Assembly: GCF_963921235.1 (NCBI RefSeq)
Contig: NC_086097.1
Span: 138,448,001 to 138,512,000 of the forward strand
Length of the DNA stretch: 64,000 nucleotides
Origin: Mobula hypostoma
Lineage: Eukaryota
Direction of reading: 5' to 3'
Position numbers and translations under genes: made by a program. The notes beneath the pieces are model-generated. The model saw nothing but the letters and a program-made list of their open reading frames with translations, did no database searches and was not told where the DNA came from. Below are positions 63,646-64,000 of the stretch, in pieces. Every line of letters starts with the position of its first letter. Position 1 is the first letter of the stretch.

Positions 63646-64000
63646 AGCCCTGCTGGCCGCTGATGGGGTAACATCTTTTTGAACTTGCTCCTACCTTATC
63701 TATCTTTTTGTTTCCTACCAGTTTTTTGAAACCTTATTATAAATCTCAATATTGCTCTGTTATGTCTTTGAGAAAGACTAAAGCCTCTGGAAAAGAAAAA
63801 GATGATGATTCTCCAACCACTTTGGAATCAATTGGAGATTTCCTTAAAAAGCAAAGAACAGAACTTTCTGAGGAATTTAACCATCTTAAAGTCCAGTTGG
63901 ATACTATTCAACAAACTCTAATCGAACATGATAAGCGAATTAAGGAGAATTAATAAACTTTGTCGATACTGGAAGTGGACTTAGAAGACATGAGTAAGGT
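63646..64000 (+). mobile_element. L1-like 5' region / ORF1 coiled-coil start (ATG 63762), runs off the window
   Basis: MSLRKTKASGKEK...LSEEFNHLKVQLDTIQQTLIEHDKRIKEN* is a basic N-terminus plus heptad pattern typical of L1 ORF1p. Confidence 0.55.

Noticed and set aside
63009..63671. Active Tc1 transposase
   Set aside because: Truncated after the first catalytic Asp; the last codons come from the adjoining L1-like sequence.
46013..64000. EIF3E exon 4 (DGRMLFDYL...)
   Set aside because: No matching exon found by eye; probably downstream of the window, though a short exon could have been missed.

Overview
Vertebrate nuclear DNA. The repeat landscape (CR1, Rex1/Babar-like, Penelope, a V-domain SINE and a SacSINE1/DeuSINE-like SINE) suggests a cartilaginous fish (shark or ray); this is an inference. 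The only host gene is EIF3E (INT6) on the + strand: a CpG-rich promoter with a TCT/TOP-type initiator, then coding exons 1-3 (11753-11842, 21704-21821, 45895-46012). Exon 4 was not found and presumably lies beyond the window. The upstream region and introns are packed with nested transposons. These include a 5'-truncated CR1 with an open 1010-aa ORF2, two Gypsy proviruses, three solo LTRs, Tc1, hAT, Harbinger and Chapaev3 DNA transposons, and L1, RTE and Hero fragments. Most notable: (1) Penelope-like elements whose terminal repeats carry minimal type-I hammerhead ribozymes, including one intact core, an inverted piece starting at the predicted cleavage site, and several head-to-head fold-back copies; (2) a 3' fragment of an R2 retrotransposon (normally 28S rDNA-specific) with no rDNA flank, embedded antisense inside a deleted Gypsy provirus; (3) a near-perfect 108-bp palindrome inside a Chapaev3 element. 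All calls were made by eye, and boundaries of old repeats are approximate.
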